Assembly: GCA_027923505.1 (NCBI GenBank)
Contig: BROI01000012.1
Coordinates: 868,001 to 932,000, forward strand
DNA length: 64,000 nucleotides
From: Mayamaea pseudoterrestris
Taxonomy: Eukaryota
Direction of reading: 5' to 3'
Shown: positions 58,842-64,000 of the stretch, in pieces
How positions within the stretch are numbered: the first letter of the stretch is position 1
How the letters are laid out: every line of letters starts with the position of its first letter
The notes under the pieces: model-generated
The model's database searches: none
Told to the model about the DNA's origin: nothing
The model's input: only the letters and a program-made list of their open reading frames with translations
Program-made: the position numbers and the translations under genes

Positions 58842-59989
58842 TCACCTTTTGCCCTTGGCGGCAGCCAGATAGTCGGCAAAGACAGTCTTATAGTCGGGAT
58901 GCCAGCGCGAAAGTGGCTGCCGATTCTCTGTAACATCCTGCATGGCCCAAGTCATGCGTAGACAGTCCGTCTCGCGGTCCACTTCATTGTCGGGACACAA
59001 AATGTAGAATGATTTACAATCCAGTTCCTGGATCATGAAATCAACCACTTGCACAGGCATCCACGCTCCAGAATGAGGCTTCTCTTCATGAAACATTGCA
59101 TCGTCTGTATTGTAAATTGTTCCGCTGGCGACAGCCTTGGCGCGCTCGGCTTTTAGATGAATGCTCGTATTGACCCAACCAGGAATCAGCAACGCGGCTC
59201 GCAGCTTTCCCGTTCCAGCAAACCGCTCAAGCATGAGCTCGTGCTCGAGCCCTTCCGTGTAAACCTTCAAAGCTGCTTTGGAAATGTTGTACGATAGGTT
59301 GCCTGGTGGGCATGTGATTCCTTGCTTGGAACCAGTATTGATAATCAAGCCTGGCTCGTTGGAATCTTTCATCCTGGGGACAAACGCTAGACATCCATTG
59401 ATCGGTCCAAATGTATTGACATTGACGACTTGCTGGAGCGTCGTCAGGTCTGCCAGAGCGCCGCCGCCAAGGCCAATGCCCGCGTTATTAAAAAGAATGT
59501 GAACCGCCCCAATCGCTTTAAAAACTTGGTCGGCAATCTTTGTCATCATGACAGTGTCTGCAACATCGGCAACTTCTGCTAGAATCAGTTGATCACTCAA
59601 TTTTGACTTGCTTTTCACCCACTTCTGTGCCGAGAGCAGCTCCTCGCCGTCAATGTCAAGCATCCAAACGTTCATGCCGGCCTCGGCAAACTTGAGACAC
59701 GCGGCGCGACCGATCCCACTGCTGGCTGCGAGACGAGACGATGCTTCAAGCTTGAGTTGAAATTGAAAACAAACGGAGGAAGTATCTGTTATCGTACAGT
59801 AAACAGAAAAAGCGTGCGTCTCTCGAGTGTGGCTCAGGTCGCTAATGCTGTTGGTCGGATCCTCAAAAGTCGCCGGCGTCGAAACCGAACGTCGAATCGC
59901 CATCAACAAGTGCTCTTACCGCCGGTCACGACCGCCGTATTCCCGGCTTTCATCAGACTGGATATACTGATTGGATCAGTTTCTGGCAT
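58842..59989 (-). CDS. Short-chain dehydrogenase/reductase (exons 59989-59920, 59725-58842)
   Basis: Spliced VVTG|ASSGIG, LFNNAG, NTGS and the YNISK catalytic motif. Confidence 0.92.
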
Positions 59990-60937
59990 GTTCGTTAGCT
60001 TGAGTGGGATATAGCGATGCAGGTAGTATCATACACAAATGATATGGCAACGACAGCAAGGCGTCGCCGTCGTCGAAAATGATGTGTGTGTCACGTGTCG
60101 TAGTGGTTTTCTGTCATGCAAGTTAGCGTTTGCAAGCGACCGGTAGTATACTGGTTCTTTAGTGCTTGTATCGTAGCTATTGATGTTTATTGTTACTTAT
60201 TACTTCTCCGGTACGCAATTATGATCCAGGGTGTAGGTGCAGATGTCGATAGTCGACCCTAGCCTGTCCTTTTAGCTTGCAAAAATCTGGGAAGCCATGA
60301 GCTACAATTTAACTCGTTAGCGACCCAAGCCGACCTGATACGAATACAGCAGCGGCGTCTGCCTCGTTTGTCCGGGAATGTGTGCACAGTGCAGCAGTAG
60401 GTTTGAATTCGGCACAACGCTCAATTTTCGCGACGGCGTTGCACAGACATTTCCTCACCGTTGGGGGTCCAACATATGCCACGATTAAAAGACCTCTGAA
60501 TCGCCAATTACCGGTGTGTTGGAACCAGCGTTTTTCGGTTAAACAGGAGGGAGGCATCCGATATAAGAGCGTTTGGTCGTGAGTTTATAACATTGGATGT
60601 CCCATGGTTCGATCAATGTCTCAAAATGACTTAGATGACGTCGACAATGACCAACGATGCAACGTGGCGCTCATGTTGGGCATAAACTGAATATTGTCCA
60701 GCACGAGGGCATCTCAATTTATAGCCAACGAAAGATGATCAAAGTTTGCTGGGCCTTTACTATGGATTGTTGTGTGGATTCGACTTCATCTCCAATTCGG
60801 CCCAACATGACTTTCTCGACCAGTGAAGCTTCGAAGAAAGCCGGTGCAACCCCGCCACAGATTATCGACCACGCAGCACAAAACGGAATCCGACTTAGCC
60901 ACACATCAATTATTGATTTCATAATAAAGCAACAACC

Positions 60938-61408
60938 ATGTCGCCCTCATCATTGCACCAGAATGAGCCTGCAATTGGTTCGCTTGAGGCCCGCAGAGAC
61001 TCGCCACTCAAGTCGTCGCTGTACGCAAGCACATGCCCGGACACTCTGTCGCTCAACCGCATGATGATCAACCCATCCACCTTTTCGGCTGCACACTCTG
61101 CGCTAGTCAGAGATTACACGCGTCAATCAGACAAGCCAAAGAAGATATGTTTTGAGGTGGTTGATTATGGCTATGGTGACACAGCAGAAGCTGCACCGGC
61201 TCCCTCCAAGAAGAGGAGGTACGAGCGACGCAACAGCAAAACGCCTGCCATGCTACTGGCTATGAATGCCGCATTAAATCTCGACTTTATGGAAGATCCT
61301 GAGGAGACAGAAAGGGATTTCAGCACTAGCAGCGAGGATGATGCGTGGGATGGAGGTCTTGAGATTGCCGAGGAGCTGGTCAAGCAGTTGCAAAATCGGC
61401 GGCGATAA
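60938..61408 (+). CDS. Small hypothetical protein (start uncertain)
   Basis: ORF with a basic KKRRYERRNSK segment and an acidic C-terminus. Confidence 0.55.
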   Translation: MSPSSLHQNEPAIGSLEARRDSPLKSSLYASTCPDTLSLNRMMINPSTFSAAHSALVRDYTRQSDKPKKICFEVVDYGYGDTAEAAPAPSKKRRYERRNSKTPAMLLAMNAALNLDFMEDPEETERDFSTSSEDDAWDGGLEIAEELVKQLQNRRR

Positions 61409-61956
61409 ACTCGACCTTTCCGGCATATTCAAAGTCTCTTCCATCTCTCGAACGGCTACATAATAATTTATACAAAACTATAGATCACCGTTTTACATTC
61501 TATTATCATTAGTACTATATTTTGGGTCCGTTGTTGATCATGGATGGGTCATGGTTGCTTCCGGCTTGGTCAGGAGCAAAACTCTCGTAGAGATGCGTAG
61601 AACGTAGTACTGGGCGATGGTGGAGGCCAAGAAAGCACGAGAGAAGTTCCTGTGAACGCCAAGGGCCTTTGTATGTACACTAGTCACGATAGTGATAAGG
61701 AAAGGGGTTCACCTATCTGTCCCCATCCTGCACGTGTGAGTCTTGTCATCCTTCGCAAGCGGTCGCGACGTTTTCGTTATCGACAACAGCACTTCAACTT
61801 TAACTACTGTAGTGGTACCTATGATCTCAGTACTGTCATACAAGTACTGTTGTTGTATTTATTGCTTGCTTGCGTGCTGTAATTCGATTCAACACACCTT
61901 GGGGCCCGGCTATCGGGTTTTTCGGTGGGAGGCCCTGCCTATGCTACACTCAAGTC

Positions 61957-62220
61957 ACTCTGGAGCTGGGCTAGCCACGTCCAATTCATTTTCAACTATT
62001 GCATTACTGTAGCTGCTAACTCTACATCCAAGACACTCTGGTGCTCCAAGGATGAGCTGAGCTGGCCAGCAAAGCCTTGTCCTTTTCATTCTATCTGGGC
62101 CAGCCGCCAATGCTCTTCACTCTGGTATTTCAAGAATGAATTGGGCGAGCCACCAAAGCTTCGTCCTGGCCACTCTATTAGTCCCAGAATGAGTAGGGCT
62201 AGCGACCGAAGCTTCTTCAT
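61957..62220. repeat. Degenerate ~53-bp minisatellite, 4-5 copies
   Basis: CACTCT(GG)...AGAATGA...GGGC.AGC...AAAGC units at ~61957, 62034, 62118 and 62171. Confidence 0.6.
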
Positions 62221-62261
62221 GTCACTTGGTAAACATAACAAAACACAACACGCAGCTACTA

Positions 62262-64000
62262 TTATTTTATAAATGCTCCAGACACAGTTCCCTTTAACCC
62301 CTGCGCTTCCACGTCCATGAGTATATGATCGTAGCCTTTCTTCTTTAAATATGGCTGAAGTCTTTTGGCGTTAATTGGATTGTACCAGCAGTGTGTGCAT
62401 TGGACAATCGTGTCGAGATTGTCAGGATTGTTGTGCATATCGTGCTTCTTGCGGTTCTCGCGAATAGCCGTGCGCATTTGATCCTTGATTGCGGGTGTTA
62501 TAGTATGCTCCGACGCATACATATGCGTGATTTTAGTGTCCCTCAAACCCTTAGTAAACTTTTCCCACGTCTTCATTTTGACTTGGTAGTTCTCGCCGAT
62601 ATTTAGGCACCAAATCTTGCATGACGGCAGCTGTAAAATTTTGATGAGTCTCATAACTTGCTCATCGCGCATGCCTTGATTAAAATTCTAGATTGGCATT
62701 GACAAAGTTAGATATGACAAAATTAAAATGTGACTCAATTAGCTTACGGTCGCAGCGCTTACCTGAATGTAGAGTGCCTCACAATTCGTGTTGACCTCCA
62801 GGGCATCGAGTGCTGCATCAATCACCATGGGAGGAGTATCGGGATCGTTGCAGTATTTCTTCATTTTCAAAACAATCATATCTGTGTCGTTGCTTTGCAG
62901 TTTCTCGATCAACGATCGAACACCATGCGTGCTGAGAGCGGCACGGTTGGGCTGGCGCACCGAGCGCCGAACATAGTTCGAGCCATCAACAGCATCGTTA
63001 TCTTCTATTCGCAGTATTTCCTGAATCTCTGTACGTGTCAAGGGACGATTTGCTTCGCGTCTTCGCCGCTCCGCTGCGTCTGCCTCCTGCGCAGCAATCG
63101 CCTTCTTTTGTTTCTTGCTTATCTTTTTCGAAACACAAACCATTTCAGAGCCCTCCACGTAAGTCTGTCGCCGTCGCTTCACCTTTTCAGATATTGGAAC
63201 CTGGAAGCTTGAAAAATGGTAAAAATCTTCAATGCCACATGGTGGGACTCTAGGAAGGCTAGTGGCGGTTGACGCGGTAGGTGTAGCGATTGGTGGCGGT
63301 CGGATTCCAAACATTTTCGCCGCCCAATCGCGGACTTCCTCTTCGTCCGTTTCTGAGTCCGAGTCTGATCGCTTCACCGATTCCTCCACCCAGTTTGATG
63401 TCTGATTAACGGTTGTCTCCGAGCTTGCCGTGCTGTGAGGCATTGCTACGGCGGAGTGTGGATGCGAAGACGGTGTGGTAGTTGGCAACACCGTATCATG
63501 CGAAAACACACTCTTGGTTGAAGCACTTAATTCCGGTGAGGTTATCTCTTGCTCCGTCAATACACGCCGAAAGGATGAAGCCGCTAAATCGTGTCGATCC
63601 CGTTTCGTTTTCCGAACTTTCGGAATACCGCCGTTTCGGCTTGCATCTTTGCTTTTAAAAGTCTCACTTTTCGATGCTGTTGGTGATTGCTGGTTCTTGA
63701 CCTTCTTTCTTAAGAATCGAAAGTTTTCTTTGGCAAGGCTAACCCACTCCTTGTCCCCATCATCATACGCAACAAAGTATGGTCGCTTGCGCTCAAGACG
63801 AATCTTCTTGACAGTGCCAGCAAAGTACGTCTCCTCGCCGTCCCAATAAATGGCAATTCGCGATCCTTCTTGGACGCGTTCCAAACGCGATGCTGCTTTC
63901 GACGTTTGCGAAACAGCAGCGCTGCCGCTACCGGTAGAGGTACTCTCGGGTGACAATGAGCTTTTCGACGTGGCATGTGGATGCTCCTGCTCCCTCTTTG
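62262..64000 (-). CDS. Tudor-like domain protein with LRR-like C-terminal domain, 5' end outside the window (exons >64000-62763, 62687-62262)
   Basis: GSRIAIYWDGEETYFAGTV...YFVAYDDGDKEWVSL (Tudor-like) and NCEALYIQ|NF...IWCLNIGEN. The frame stays open to the window edge. Confidence 0.8.

Overview
Eukaryotic DNA, most likely from a pennate diatom. This is inferred from short GT-AG introns, an inverted ODC-OPRT UMP synthase, bZIP-PAS factors, a plastid-type RSH and RXL/KxxK secreted proteins. Bases 1 to ~15,150 are a tandem array of about 85 copies of a 169-bp satellite. Each copy carries a 19-bp palindrome, and the array contains a 9-monomer higher-order duplication and a diverged subfamily at its right edge. 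A 677-bp non-autonomous LTR element (TRIM-like) is inserted in the array. It has identical 207-bp LTRs, a 4-bp TSD, a PBS and a PPT. Each LTR contains a ~59-nt tRNA-like Pol III module whose 3' end, after CCA addition, would be complementary to the element's own primer-binding site. This is the most interesting observation in the window. A tRNA-Glu(CTC) gene sits at the satellite/gene boundary. The remaining ~48 kb is gene-dense, with about 22 protein genes. These include UBC2/RAD6, RRP4, a PPR protein, two adjacent bZIP genes, a RING-H2 protein with GLEBS-like motifs, a silaffin-like secreted protein, UMPS (with two box C/D snoRNAs in intron 2, one a clear U18), a P450, an AIF-like oxidoreductase, an MscS-like channel, RSH and an SDR. 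All calls were made by eye, and no database searches were run.
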